Source: Lytechinus pictus (taxonomy: Eukaryota). From it: a DNA stretch of 64,000 nt. Made by a program: the position numbers and the translations under genes. Each line of letters begins with the position of its first letter. Position 1 is the stretch's first letter. Location: the NCBI RefSeq assembly GCF_037042905.1, contig NC_087245.1, forward strand, positions 9,240,001-9,304,000. The letters run 5' to 3'. This document shows positions 10,941-24,965 of this stretch, in pieces. A model generated the notes under the pieces. The model did no database searches, was not told where the DNA came from, and saw only the letters and a program-made list of their open reading frames with translations.

Positions 10941-12344
10941 TACTGGACCCCTCAGAAGAACAACCTGTGGCTGAAGAGGGCAATCCAGCCAACGAGTGGA
11001 AAATAAATGAAGAAATAATTAAAAACACCATGACTATCATCCCCACTATCATAATCACCATCATCACTGCTACCACCATCGCCATCATCACTATTGTGTT
11101 TATTGCACTGGCTTTTAATTAATCAGTTTCTATTGAAAAATTTGTTGCAAATACCAATTAATATATTCACAATTTTCAACTGAAAATAATTTGTAATTAC
11201 GTGAATAATTCTCTTCAATTTATTGAATTCTAATTGTTTTTTTTTTATTTCTATTTATTGGATCTATCTATATTGACTCAACAATTGTATATATTTCAAC
11301 AAAATTACTGTCTGTCATCTCTCTAGAAAATTGATCTGTTTATTATTTTCATTTTCCTGACATGTGTTAGGTTATATTTAGAATACATTATTAGCTCTAT
11401 TTAAAGGTGAACTATTGTAATTATCTGTATTTTTTTATATTCAGCCATTGGCTGCCGCATGTATATTGTTGTTTCTGAAATAAATAAACCATGAAAACTA
11501 TCATCACCAACACCACCATCATTACCATCACATCAGGGGCGGATCCAGGATTTTCCAAGGGGGGACACGTTTTCTGAGGAAAAATTTAAAAGAAAAAAAA
11601 AGGTTTCAACCAAAAATTAAGGACATTTTGTCCAAAAAAAAAAAAAGCTATAGAATGCCAACCCATCACAAAACATGTTTTCAATGTATGCTATCCCTTT
11701 TTAAATCAAGTTTTACAGAAAATGTGCTGTTTTGTACTCTAAGGCCCACTCTGTTTTTTTTTTTTTTTTTGGTAATCCCCCAAGTGTCAGTATTAATCCT
11801 GGTTCATTACCACATTATCATTATGTGCTGAAAATAACTGCTTGTTTTTCTTTCATTCGAAAGCACATTTCAAGAATTAAATCGGCTGAAATTATCAGGA
11901 TAATCTTTGATTGCAGCTTTTTAACGGGAAATTTATTAAATGTGTAAGTCCTAAACATCATAAAAAAACATTACCTGTAGAGTTCTAAAGGTGAAGATTT
12001 AATTCTCACAGAGTATCAACCTATAAAAGAGATATCAATGATCACTGCACTTTGATTACATAACAGTCCCGTATAATAAATAGACGTGTTTTGCGGTATT
12101 TTTTTAATGTAAAGTAATAAAAGAATTGAAAATTACGTTAAAACGATTAAAATGAATGTTATGTTTGAAAACTCTTTGTGTTAGTAATGTTCATTATCTG
12201 CTCTGTATTTTGGTAATAATCAAATTAAGTTCGGAATCATGAATGTATAATGGAGTATAGGCCTACCATACTAAACTAGACTATTATTTTTTTTTTTTGG
12301 GGGGGGGGGTTGTGCGTATGAGTGACCACCACCCTTCACATTTA

Positions 12345-12495
12345 AGGGCCGCGGAAGCGGGGGGCTTCAGCCCCCCCCCCCCCCACTTTTTTCCAAAACC
12401 GTGTACAAAAACGTAAAAATGACCATATGATTGTGATTTTTTGCATGGTCAGCCCCCCCCCCCCCCCCACTTTGAAAACCGTTCCGCGGCCCCTG
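12345..12495. mobile_element. Short hAT-like MITE with poly-G/C tracts
   Basis: TIRs AGGGCCGCGGAA / TTCCGCGGCCCCTG; ACATTTA duplicated on both sides (12338-12344 and 12496-12502). Confidence 0.7.
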
Positions 12496-14730
12496 ACATT
12501 TACCACGTTTACGTATAAAGCAATGAAAGAAATATAAGAAAAAATCATAACAAAACGGTAACCCGTTTGTAGAATTCTTTGCAGAATTCATACTTTTTCA
12601 TGGAACATTTTTTTATATTTACGTCACTATTGTATTTATATATATATATAATGAAAAAAAAATATTGGCTTAGTGCGTTAAGTTATGCTCAGTTTTTAAG
12701 TGATAATGGCTACGTCCCCTAATTGTACTTTCAAGATTATTTTTTTTTCTTACTGTTATTATTGGTGTTGGTATGAATAAGTCGTAGTCACGGTTGTTTT
12801 TTTCTTCCTTTTCTTCTTCTCGATTTGTATTCGGGTAGTTCCTAAGTGCTAGACTGAAAACAAATAAAGAAGAGAAAACTCGTCTAACGTCTCGGAATTC
12901 ATAGATCACTTTAAAAATTTACATGAGGAATGGGTTGAAGGCCGTCAGAATGTGCACCTGTTAATTAAAAGGGACACCACTTAAACAACTTCCCGTATTT
13001 TTCTCACTACCAAATGGCATTGCGCGGGCGCATCAGTTTTCGCTGCACGTATAATCCTACCCTTAAAATCTTACGGTTGTTTCGGAGTTTTATTCAAAAT
13101 GTCATCTAGCGTGATCTATCATGGTATAGCGGTGGCTCATCATTTGATAAATCACCGTATTATTCAATGCGATAACGAGCCACTAAGAATCGTGATCTAT
13201 CAACCCCATTAGATGCCCCCCCCCCCCTTTCTTCTCATGCAGTTAGCATCCCGAAGATGTGTGTGCGCGGTGCTCGCCAACCCGTGATGTGATCGCAGTG
13301 ATGCAAGCGGGCTTAGCGAGGATATGAGAGCTTGTTGGGCCAGCTGACATGGGGAACGAGTGAAAGTGTCAACCGCACAGAGCGCACTTGTCCGATCCGA
13401 TAAGCTTTGCTCATGATTCATACTGTACGTGCTCGTTGAAAAGAAAAAGAGGGGAATAGAAGTGTCAAAAGAGATACGAAAATTGATATTTTCATCTTTC
13501 AAAAGAACAAAGCATAGATACATGTTTTCGTCTAAAAAGTGTGTCTCAGCGGTGGTCGGAAGGGGGGGGGGGTATACACTTAGTTAAAGTTAATCAGATA
13601 GTGATACAGTATAGGGTCCAAACTTGTTTCAAAATACTGAAATCTATCTTTTTTTTAACGGTATGGTTGTTCAAATTCAACATTAAATGAAATTACTGTC
13701 TTAAAATTCTAGAGGAATGCTAATAATGTTTCTAATTTCTACTTTAATTGTCTGCCTGTGAATTTCCCCGGGGTTCAGTGGCGGGGTTGTCGGGGTATTT
13801 GATAGGGAGACAAGGCGGTCTAGGAGTGACGTCATTTTTATTTTCTCAGTTAAACAACGGGGGTTACACGATCCTGCCCTCTCTTTTTAATATTGTATTT
13901 TTCTTCGGTTCCCCTTCCTTCTCCTCTTTTTTCCCTTTTCATCATTTTCTTGGAAAATCAAAAGGGGTAGTACCAACCCTGCATGTATCACTGCCCTGAA
14001 TTTTCGCATATTTTGCAAAATCTGAAGAAGAAGAAATATCCTAATTCCAAAATAATATTTTCTTTCTAGGTTTTTTCCTTTCAATGTCTATTTGGAGGTG
14101 ATCTGTTTTGCAAAACAGCATCATAATAAATTGTAAAAGACAACCTTGACACGAATTATTATTTATTAAACGATTCTAGATTAAAATTATCTTGATGTAC
14201 ATCGAAGAAAGTAGAAACTACTTGTCACATTATACGTCTTGACAAATCCCCGCTTGACGTGGAAATAATCATTGCTGTATTTTGGAATGACCATAGATAC
14301 CGCATAAGAAGTAAAGACCTTATTATCTTGAATTTGCCGGAGCGAATACGAAGCTCATGCATATAGAGCAAAACGTACGGAAGCGGACTTCCGATAAATG
14401 TGTTTTAAAATCATATGTTTACACGTGTTCTGTCGACATGTCTTATTCATATAGTCGCATTTGAAGTCATTCAATGCTTGTAACATTTATGCAATTATTA
14501 TGAATGCTTATGACATAGTTGCTAAGGCCTGTTGATTTATTCTATGTTATATTTATCACATTCTGATCCGATTTGAGTGTCGAAATTGTCATGGCGAATT
14601 TTATCTTGGTGTATTTGAAAGGGCCATCATATGAAATAACAGTAAATTAATGAATAAACTAATCATGAATACAATGATTGGTGAATGCAATGATAATCAT
14701 TTTGGTGATAAAAAATGATATATGAAGGGT

Positions 14731-15053
14731 TAATAATAATAGCCAAGTTTTATAAAGCGCTTTTCCCAGAATGGCTCAAAGCGCGTTACAACATGGTATT
14801 ACCCCGGTCTTTGGATTCATTTCACGAAAAGTGCACAATTTCCACTCCCTTGGTAGCATTCCTTGCAATCTTATTATGGCTCTGGCAAATTCAAACATAC
14901 AATATATTTCGCATCCTACCGGGTACCAATTTAGCACCTGAGATGGCAAAGTGTGGATTAACGCCTTGCCAAAGGACGCTAGACCGCGGTGGGATTCGAA
15001 CACACGACCCTCTGTTTACGAGGCGAGAGTCGGAACCACTACACCACGGCTCT
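14731..15053 (-). mobile_element. tRNA-derived SINE, near full length
   Basis: Minus-strand head with A box (TGGTGTAGTGG) and B box (GTTCGAATCCC); body; L2-type tail AGCGCTTTATAAAA...(TAT)n. Confidence 0.8.
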
Positions 15054-15239
15054 TCCACGGCTTAGACAACAGTCTCTGTCCTTTACAACTACAAAAAAAA
15101 TGTGTGTTTATGAATTTTAAACAATATTTTCCAAGTATTTCAGAGACAGACCGTAATGGTATACTGGAAAACACGGCAATTTAAAAGAAAATGTGAATCA
15201 AACGAGTTTCACTATTCATATAGATATTAAAGGGTAAAT

Positions 15240-15335
15240 TTCGTGCTGAAGGAAAACACGTCATGGCTTGGATTCGAATCAACGACCTTCTGATTTCAAT
15301 ACGAGATTCAGACCACCAGACCTCGACACACCACA
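15240..15335 (-). mobile_element. Degenerate tRNA-derived SINE head
   Basis: Minus strand has GGTCTGGTGG and a B-box-like ATTCGAATCC. Confidence 0.5.
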
Positions 15336-18279
15336 TGGGGTCAAGATTTTTTACATTTTGACACCAAGAGCTAAACGTGTTTTTTCTAGCAATATTTACA
15401 GTTTCTCCCCCTTTGTCTTCACTATCCTTGTTCTTTTTTTCAAAACCCTTCACATTAAATGACTACCGACCATGTTGGAATAATGTAATGAACCATGTCA
15501 TGTACATCGAACGACCTTGATCCGGCGAGGGGCGAGTTTACGGGGGCAGATGGTATGATGGGTGAATATGAATATCAAGGGCACCGGACCAAGTAATGTA
15601 TGTCTCACCTGTTAAATACATGGACGGCAAATGTAAAATGTTTCCATCTTAATATTCATTATTCTTTATTTCAATATTTTTTAGGTTTCTCTACTTGAGA
15701 AATTTCAGTCTCAATTATTCCATCTACGCTACATTCATTCTGTATATTTTGATGTCTCATCTTTCATGGATTCCAAGATACACGCCTGCATTAAGTAAAG
15801 TATATGTATGTGTATAAATGATGGAAAATCATCAATATGGTTATCAATTCAGATTAGATGATAGCAATTCTAAATGTGAATTAATATATTCAGTTATTAT
15901 ACAATTTGATCCAAACTCTAAAACAATTTTGTCTTATTTTCTAATAAGCGATCTTCATTCGGGCTTTTCCCCTTGCCCGTTTTTTTTTTTAATAAGCACT
16001 TCGTCTACTTTTCAAAGGATCTGATGACCATTTTGTGCCAAGCATCACTTGACCTATGACTGATGTAATTACAATTTCGTCTTAGCCCAAGATAACACTT
16101 TAAGTAAGATTACACTTTACATACTAAGAATGTCGCTGTCCGGTTGATAAAAATTGAATTAAATAAAGTAATAAAAGATTGAATCAATCATCAATTAAAG
16201 ATGGTGTTCTGCACTTTGCTTATATTTTAAGTTAATAAAGTTGATATAGAGTCTTAGCAAACGTTTTTATTACTTCAGAATTCGCAAAATGAAAGTGTGT
16301 TGCACTGTGCACAATATTTGTTGAAAGTGTGTTGCGCTTAGATTAGAGTTCTTTGCTCTGTATGATTCCAGTTTAGGGGTCATTTTTAAAAGAAAAATAT
16401 GATCCCATTTCTCACTATTATCAAATCATCGTGGATGAGGCAAACTATATCACTTCCTAGGCGATATGATTGTTGACGCCAAAAATAGACGCTGTCTTTC
16501 CTCAATTTTGCTTCGGAAATGAAAGTTTGTCCCATCACTTTCATCAATGATAATAATCTTGCTCACTGGATATTAGACGTACTGATTTTAGGCTAAGTGG
16601 AAATTGGTCAAAATGGTGGGTATACAATCACATAGGCCTACTCATTTTATATAATGAAAGTTGATGTGAAATGGATGCTAAATATGCATGATATAATATA
16701 CATATCAAACAACTGCTGGACCTCAAAAGAAGGTGATAAAATCATGGAACTGCATACTAAAACAATGCGATGAAAAGGTTGATGGAGGAGGTCGAGAACG
16801 AAAGATTTGTTTTTCAAATAGGGATCATTGCCTGATGTGGAAAAATAAAGAACATTCGACCAATAGTTAGTGTAAATATTATTTCTAGCCCTCAAATCAA
16901 ACAGTTTACTCTATTCATATGCGATTATGGTAATAGAACTATATATATAATATTGGGGAACATTATTCTATATGATTTTAAAAGTACCTTTACTCTGGCC
17001 CCTGAGTTTGGAAAAGTCTTATATCTACCAAAAACGAAGACCGCGAAAATAGGACAGCATCATTGCTCAAAATTAACAGTCGGCTGAGACTAAGCAAGCT
17101 TGTAATAGCCTTTGACAAGGAGTGTGATATTAAGTATCCGATCGCTCAAGGAAAACGTTGAATTCAAGGAAGATTAAAAGACACTTGAGGAGGGCAAGAC
17201 CATGTTTATTAAGGTTGAGACGAAATTAGGGTTTGAAGGAGGACCTAAACAGCCTGGATGAAGGAGGAGGCACCGGAGTGAATCGTGTATAGAGTACGCC
17301 TCGTTAATGAGTCTCTGAAAAGACGTGTCCATGATTCATTAAGCGTTGATGTGGACTAGGAGTATCTGTGTCTTAATTAGGATGACACGTCTTACCTTAT
17401 AAATTATGGTTAAAATTGGAGAATGAAAAATTGCATATGAAATTCTGACCTTGAAATAGGAACAATAGAATGATAAGTTCAAGAACAAGAATGAAAAGAA
17501 GTGTGAGATACGCGTCTATGTCTCTTGAAAAGTACGAAAAACGATAAGTCATCAATGACGAATAAAATTTAATTTCGAATACTGTGCTTATCATTCGTTT
17601 TAATCGGTTGATAAACATTATTGGTTAATGTTAAGATTAATCAACTGCAGAGGATCATTGTAAACCATGATACCCAAACATCTTATAATGCTTAAGAAAA
17701 ATATTGTATTTTTAATATCTGTTTTCTGTAAACTGCACGGTAAGAATTGCAACGATAAATCAATTTGTGAAATATAAAAAGCATTTGTTATCCCATTAAA
17801 AATCATTAATTCATCAATAAAAAAATCAGATACATTTAAAAAAGAGTTCTTATAGTCATAAAGAGAAAAGGGAAAACGAATATTGGGGAAAGGATAAGGG
17901 TAAGAATTAGGAGGGAGAAAAGGGAAATTAGGTTAGCTGAGAATACGATGATACAAGTAGATGATTACCGATGGAGGAGGGAGAAAACGAGGGTGACGAA
18001 ATGAATCTCAGAACGATTATTATTCAGCTTTGAAAGTTAAAGAAAGAAAAAATTGTCAGGCAGTTGAGGGGTCGTACTCTATTTTTGATCAAGGAAGAAG
18101 AGAAGGATACGCCTTACGCGGTTAACATATAGCCCACAGGAGGAATAGGAAAGGCTTTGGCATCATGAATATATTAATATTGCATTAGGGCGGCGTGCAC
18201 CGCGCGGAACCGTAGTCAAGATACGCTGACTTTTCAGCAATCCCAAAGGTGTAAAGGTGACGAGCGTTCTCTCATAACC

Positions 18280-18600
18280 GCTTTCATTCTTTCCATCTTT
18301 CTTTCACTTCTTTACTTTCTTTCCTCCTTTAATATATTTATGTTTTTCTCTTTCTTCTTTCCTTCATCCCTTCCTTTCCTCCATCCTAGTCGTTCCTCAA
18401 ATTTTATTTTATATTCATTCTTTATTTATTCTACTTTATGTCCCCCTCAGTCAATTTTCTTCCTTTCTGTCTTTCTTTGTTTATTTTCCTTTCTTTTTTT
18501 CTTTCTCTCTTTCTAACTTACTTTCATTCTTTCTTTCATTCATTCATTCTTTTTGTCTTTCTTTTTTTCTTCAGCCTTTCATTCTTTCTTCCTTTCATAT
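18280..18600. repeat. Pyrimidine-rich (CTTT)n-like low-complexity tract
   Basis: Runs such as ctttctttcattcattc. Confidence 0.8.
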
Positions 18601-21600
18601 CTCTGTCATCTCGTTTAGTTTTATTAACCGTCTTCTTGAAATCTTCTTTCCTTTTCTATGTGAATTGAATTTTCTTTAGTAGGTGAGTCGTTAAGATGTG
18701 CATGCATAGATCGCTTTCTTAATAGATGAGCCAGAATACCATACAGAAAAAAAACCCAGATCATGATTCGACACACTTTGGATTCCTTATTTTTATTTAA
18801 CATTTTTTTATTCAGGTGGCTGCTCGTCTTAACAGTATATAGAAACATTTCAAAACTTTGTTTTGATTTAAGAAATATTCGATTCCTGTCCTGCCTATAT
18901 GTCGCAATTTTGTCAAATAAGAACTATTACTGAGAGTAGCGACAACTTATCACATGAACGCCTTTTTAGAGACTTTTACATTAATGCATCTTCACTTTTA
19001 ATAAACATATTAAATTTTCACAGTATCATTTCAGGGCCAATATGAAACCATACAAATTCATTCGAGATCTATTCAAGTTCGATGAACACCTGTTTATTTT
19101 CATTTTTTTTCTTTAACTTTTTCATGAATTTACTAATGAAACGACATTTACTCTTTAATTACTTTTCGAATAGTCCACCTAATACTTTTTTTCAATTTTC
19201 TTATGATAAATCATTTTAATCTTTACACAAACTATATTCATCTTTGAAAGTCATGGAGCATAATTATCTCCGAAGAGTGAATCCTTTACTGATGAACAAT
19301 AAATTTAAAATAACTTTAGATAGAAGTAGCGAAAGTAGGATTCAAGAGCATGAAAACTCCTGCCAATAGCACACTGTAGGTCACTATGATTTATAATTAT
19401 TACATATTGTTTGTTTGTATGTTTATTTCCCCTATATTAGCTCATCGTTTCTTTTTTTATTGTATTTCAGTGTTATTTGTTGTTCACTCTTTATAGTTGT
19501 CTTATATTTATTTTTATTTAATTGTATCATGGTTGTGCCCCACCCACAAGTTCTTTTAAATGAAAACTTCCAGGGGCTCCCATCCCATGTTTTTATCTAA
19601 AATAGTTTTATGATTGATTGATTGAAATAAATTTTGAATTGAATTGAATTGAATTATATTGAAGGAGAAATGGGATCGAGGGATATTTTCCCTTTTTCTT
19701 ATTCAGAGTCCTTAATATCCATCTCATTATTGAATAATTATATTGGTAACGATGATGAAGATTATTACTAACATGTTGATCAATGCGCTCCAGTCATGAC
19801 AATATTATTGAAGTAAAATTTTTCATTCATATAGAAATATAAAGATCTCATTACCATGATAACGTGTTACTGTTATTACGAAACGAGATTAAACAATTTT
19901 CTGCTGTTTTTTATGATAGCATTATCTTATTTAAATAAAACATTATAATGGAAAGATGAAAACATTCAATATTTAATACTTTATTCTCAATTAAGCACGG
20001 TTATTTATAGATTTTTGCCAAAACTGTTACAACTACTGTAAGGTCCATATAGTAAACAGCGTGGTATTAAACTTTAAAAAAGTTATTTTAGGGGGAATTA
20101 TCCCTGTCCACGTGGAAAGGGGAAGAATACTTGAAAAAAAATGTAAAAATCTTCTAGTTTTCAAAACCTAAACAGACATGTTATATCTCAACTTCCGACC
20201 TAAAGTAGCCTATAAATAGAGTGATTTTTAAAGACAGTTGCGATCTCCATACCTGAGGCTATATAGAATAAACGGATAAGATACTTTTATGTATCTGATA
20301 AGCTCAATAGGACGAACGCCAGCCAAAACCACACAATAATATTAATTTTGTTTGCATTTGGAATCGGTATCGAATTACATTCGCAATGAATCGTTTTTTA
20401 ATCGAATAATTCGTTGATTAAAGCTAATATTTGTCTCTGGGCCATTCATTCTGGCCGATAGATTTGGTCAAGACACGGACCACAGTGGTCAGAGGTCTGG
20501 GGCAGTGGTCAACCTGTGGTTTTAATCTAAATCTAATTAAATTCTTATTCAGTATGTAACGGAGCCAACTTTTGAAGAGAATGATGGGAAAAGTGTTTCA
20601 CGCCTCGCGCGCCGCCGCGACTGCTTGCAATTTTGTTAATAGTTGGCCGAAGGGGATGTAAAACGAAAGAAACTGAGTCTATCTATCCATCTATCATTAA
20701 GCGCTAATTACAGGATTGAACCAACGAAAGAAAATTTTGAGGAAACGAGCAATTTCGATTTAAATATTTGAAAATAAGTTTCGAATACAAATCAAGGTTG
20801 ACGATCGGAGCACTACAATGGTGATTTTATGCTTTTGTTCTGTAAGTAGCAACAACTTGAAAGATGGATTTATTTTTAATATTGGTGACGCAGATCTGAT
20901 CATAGTTCTTAAAGTAAATTCGCAGAAAGTTATTGTAAAGATAATTTTGAAATTAGCCATTGAATTTGAACTTAGACTAGGCCCATTTAATATAAATTTA
21001 TTTAATCAAGGTCATTCTTATTACATGTACTCCAATAAAACCAAAACATGCACTTTGTGTGTTTATTTGCAAATATAAACCCTTTTTTCGTTTTTAGTCA
21101 TAAAGGAAGACAACTAAATCTAATATTTAACCACTGGGAAGATAGTAGAAGATTTTGTCTTTAAGAGACAGCTGAGCATCAAGCTTCGTGAACTGATGTG
21201 ACCCGAAGCCTCCTACAGTCTCGCCCAATCCCAACTCAGGGGCACTTTATGGCGTATCAGACCCGCCGGCTAGCGCAGCCCCCATGGAACCGCCTCGATA
21301 GCTATCGGTTTGCTAGTATTTTCCAAAAACCCGCTCGACTCGCGAACCGCATCCAGTGTGCATGCGATCGGACACGCATTGGTAGCTCTATGGCGTCCCG
21401 CGAGGAGTGGGGTGTGAAAACTAAGGGCCGCGCTGGGTCCCTAGCGGAGTTAACATGTCTCCACAAAATAGTCCCACGAGAAAATGCTGTGATTTTGGAT
21501 TATTCAGGACAATTATTCTCCGTTTCCTCGCGTCTCGTTATTTATGAATAAACTCGTCAAATTCTCACACCTCATGATCCTACGTCAGGCACTAGCACGT

Positions 21601-24474
21601 CTGTTCTTGGCTAAAACTCAATAAATAAAGCGCATATGACATACATCAAAAGAGTATTTGGATGACTAGGCCTATATTATGCAGTAATTTTGTTCTCATT
21701 AATGAGTAAAATGAAAATGAATGCTTATTACGTTTCAAGCTTATCTTATTAACTAACGTTGCGAATCATTTATGATCGGAGAATGGGTTTAACTTTCCAT
21801 CAACTACTAAACTAACTAAGTTATGCTGCATTAAACGGATATAACCATGCTCCTTATACTTTATGAGTAAGATGTTTATACCATCTCTGATTCATACTTA
21901 GGGTATATTTTTATAACTGCGCTTGTTCATAATTATCTGCCTTAATTGATCGGAATTTCAATATGCTTGGATTATAGCCCGCTTATATGTTTTACGGCCC
22001 TTTTGCTACTTGTTTCACTTTTTTATGTTTTACTTAAATGAATTTGTTCCCTATCATGACTCTATACGGATACAGTTTATTCATAATAATAATCCCCTCG
22101 TGAGTAGGCCTTCTATTTTGTACACAGATTACTTGTATGTCCAATAGAGCATGTTCCAATATGAAGATTATAAACAATATTCATCAAAAGTGTAAAGATG
22201 CGCTCAAGATTCGCAGGGGTACACCACAACGGGGTGTTCATATTTCCTTTCCGTTTTGATTGTATCTGAGCAGGGAAAATTTGTTTAACCATATTTTATT
22301 TGCACTGTGGTGAATAATGTTTTTTTTTCTCTAGGTGGGATATTATCGTCGCTTTTTTGAGGGGGGGGGGGGCTGGTCAAGCAATGAAGGAACATCAGGG
22401 ATAAACTGAAAATCAATTTGCTAGATGATAATAATAAATTGTTGCAAATAGCCATAATGGGGACGGGTTTACCAGCCTTGCTCAATCTTTCGATTTCCTT
22501 TGCCCTATTACGTCATTAAGTAATGTAATTCGTACTATAATCGATGTTTATCAAAATCTCATTGAATGAGGCAAATGGCCGTTTTCATAGTTACAATTAA
22601 AACGAATAGTTCATTTATGGTCTACCCCAAAAACGAGCCTGGCACTGGAAGAGTTTACCAAACTTTTCATCCAATAGTGCGAAAAATGGTAATTATCTTC
22701 CATTTACATGATTTAGACCTTTGATCTTCTTTCTCTGGGGATTGGTGTAGATTTCAGCGTTTCATTCTCATCACAACTCCTGAAATACTTGGACAAGGCA
22801 AATTATTCAAATACACAATTACAGACAGAAAACCACATCTATGAAGCGTTTTCTTAAATAATGATATTGTAATAGCTTCCTTGGTTAAACCGCACACACC
22901 ACGTCTTAAAGCATGCGCGGAGACTTCAAAGGAAATCACAGAACGATTAGAGTGGGAGAGTTAAAGATGTAATTATATCCCCTCTCTCTCGCCCATCCCA
23001 AATTTCTTTTTAAAAACACTTTCAAACAAGGACCAAAACACCCCTCATAAAGATAGAGGTAAACACTATCATTAAAAGAAGTTTTAAAGTTGACCAAACT
23101 CGTATTATCCCAATAAAATCTCCCTCTTAGTCGAAATCCCTCGACACCTTTGGCGGGAAAATGAATTTCTATCGAACATCGAAAATGGGACGTTAATGAG
23201 ATTGATGAAACGACAATAGACCATTAGTCAGGATAAGGCAAGATATTTGGATATCATTTGGGAATAAGGTACTTAAATATGCCCATTTAAGACCGAATTG
23301 GTCCGCCTGTAGAGTTGTAGCAGCAAATTGGGCTCCTTTTCGTTCTACCAATTGGTGTTTGAATGGTGCGAGGTCGAATGGTTCAATCGCCTGCTATAAT
23401 GGTCCCACACGTGTAATCTCCTGCTGGACAATAGAGTGAATAGAACTATTTATTTCACACAGACGATATTGAATACATGAACACTGTTTAACAGGTAAAC
23501 AACCTCTCACTTAATAAATATCTTCGTGGGTGTTTTGCCCAAAAATGAGAAAAGGAAAAGATTCATTTATGTTGAGCCTATTTTTTCTAAAAGCATGAAT
23601 AGGTTTCGAAAGGCTTCATTTTCCTAATCGAAGTTATAATTTAGATAAATGGTTTATTGGTGATTGTCATTAGATACAGTTTAATTTTTTCATCTAATAA
23701 CAATTTTTTTTTTTTATTATATCAAAAAGATGGGTTTTGTTCTTTTCTTGATGGACCAGATTAGCCTAAGAACGTTACAAATAAAAAAAATCAATCATTT
23801 GCCACAAAAAGAGAATAATTAAAAAAGATTGAATACAATTTGCAGAAAAAGGATATTGTGATATAAAATATGCTCCGTCGATGTGTATTTCATTTTGATG
23901 ATATTTTTTTTGTACATGTTACGAAGTACACTTCATGGTCTAAATTAAAATTCAAAATAAAACAAAATAAAGAGCAGTTACAACGGAAATGAATGATGGA
24001 TGAACAAATTAAGGCCCTATTGAACTAGATACAGACATTAAAATGAAAAGAGCAAAATCAAAGAAGCATAATGGTGAAAATTTCATCATAATCGGATGTA
24101 TGATAATAAAATAATGTCACACACTCACTACTTCGTTTGTATTTTATTATATAACAATGTTGATTATTTCATTTTTTTGCAAATGCAGATTTGACAACAA
24201 AGAAGCTCTTGATTGAATCACGATAGGTTACAAAACGGTGATTCTACATAACTGTTAATGAATTAATCTGAAACTGGTTTGATAGCGTCTTAAGCTGGTT
24301 ATTTAGAGTGCACCAATTGAAATAAAAGACAAGTAAACATAAAAATTATTTACACCATTCAATGCTACTTATTACAATGACAAAGTAACGGCCCATTTGG
24401 GTAAAGAATAAGCCTAACCATCAGTTTTGTGTGATAACTTAAATTTACTTGGTTACAACAAAATATTGTAAATA

Positions 24475-24582
24475 ATAAGTCAGAAAAAATTGGAACCAGT
24501 GGGATTCGAACTTGTCATCTACTGCTTTCCGGGCAGCGACTTAACCACCAGGCTATTCTGGTTCCAATTTTTTATGACTTAT
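24475..24582 (-). other. tRNA-like sequence enclosed by 25-bp inverted repeats
   Basis: Arms 24475-24499 and 24558-24582 match at 24/25; inside on the minus strand: A box TAGCCTGGTGG, stem-loop GCTGC-CCGGAAA-GCAGT, B box GTTCGAATCC, then T6. Confidence 0.7.
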
Positions 24583-24764
24583 GATTTTCATTACAGATCA
24601 ATCATGCGATCTTAAACACATAGGAGTAATGCCGAAAAAAATTGTTTACACATAACAAACTATTGGTTCCATGATGAAATGACCCAAACTGCAAATAAGC
24701 ATATAGAAGTAAACAAAAACAAAACAAAAAAAATCAACGGAATTTTATTCGGGCAAATCTGCGC

Positions 24765-24965
24765 GATGTGATGTGTGAGAGGGTGCGTGTGTTAAGATTT
24801 GTGGGCGGAAGGGTGTATGTGTGTGTGTGACCATGTATGTATGATGGTGTGTGCGTAAGGTTGGATTGTGTGGGCGAGCGTTTTTGTGAGGGTGTGGACG
24901 AATAGGTGTGAGCAGTGCATTTGCCTGTGTGCGGATGTAAGGGTGCGTGGAGAGGTGTGAGCGTC
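24765..24965. repeat. Degenerate (GT)-rich repeat
   Basis: gtgt-rich low-complexity tract. Confidence 0.7.

Noticed and set aside
7864..11122. His-rich, Asp/Gly-rich and Ile/Thr-rich small ORFs
   Set aside because: Translations of (CAT)n/(GAT)n microsatellites.
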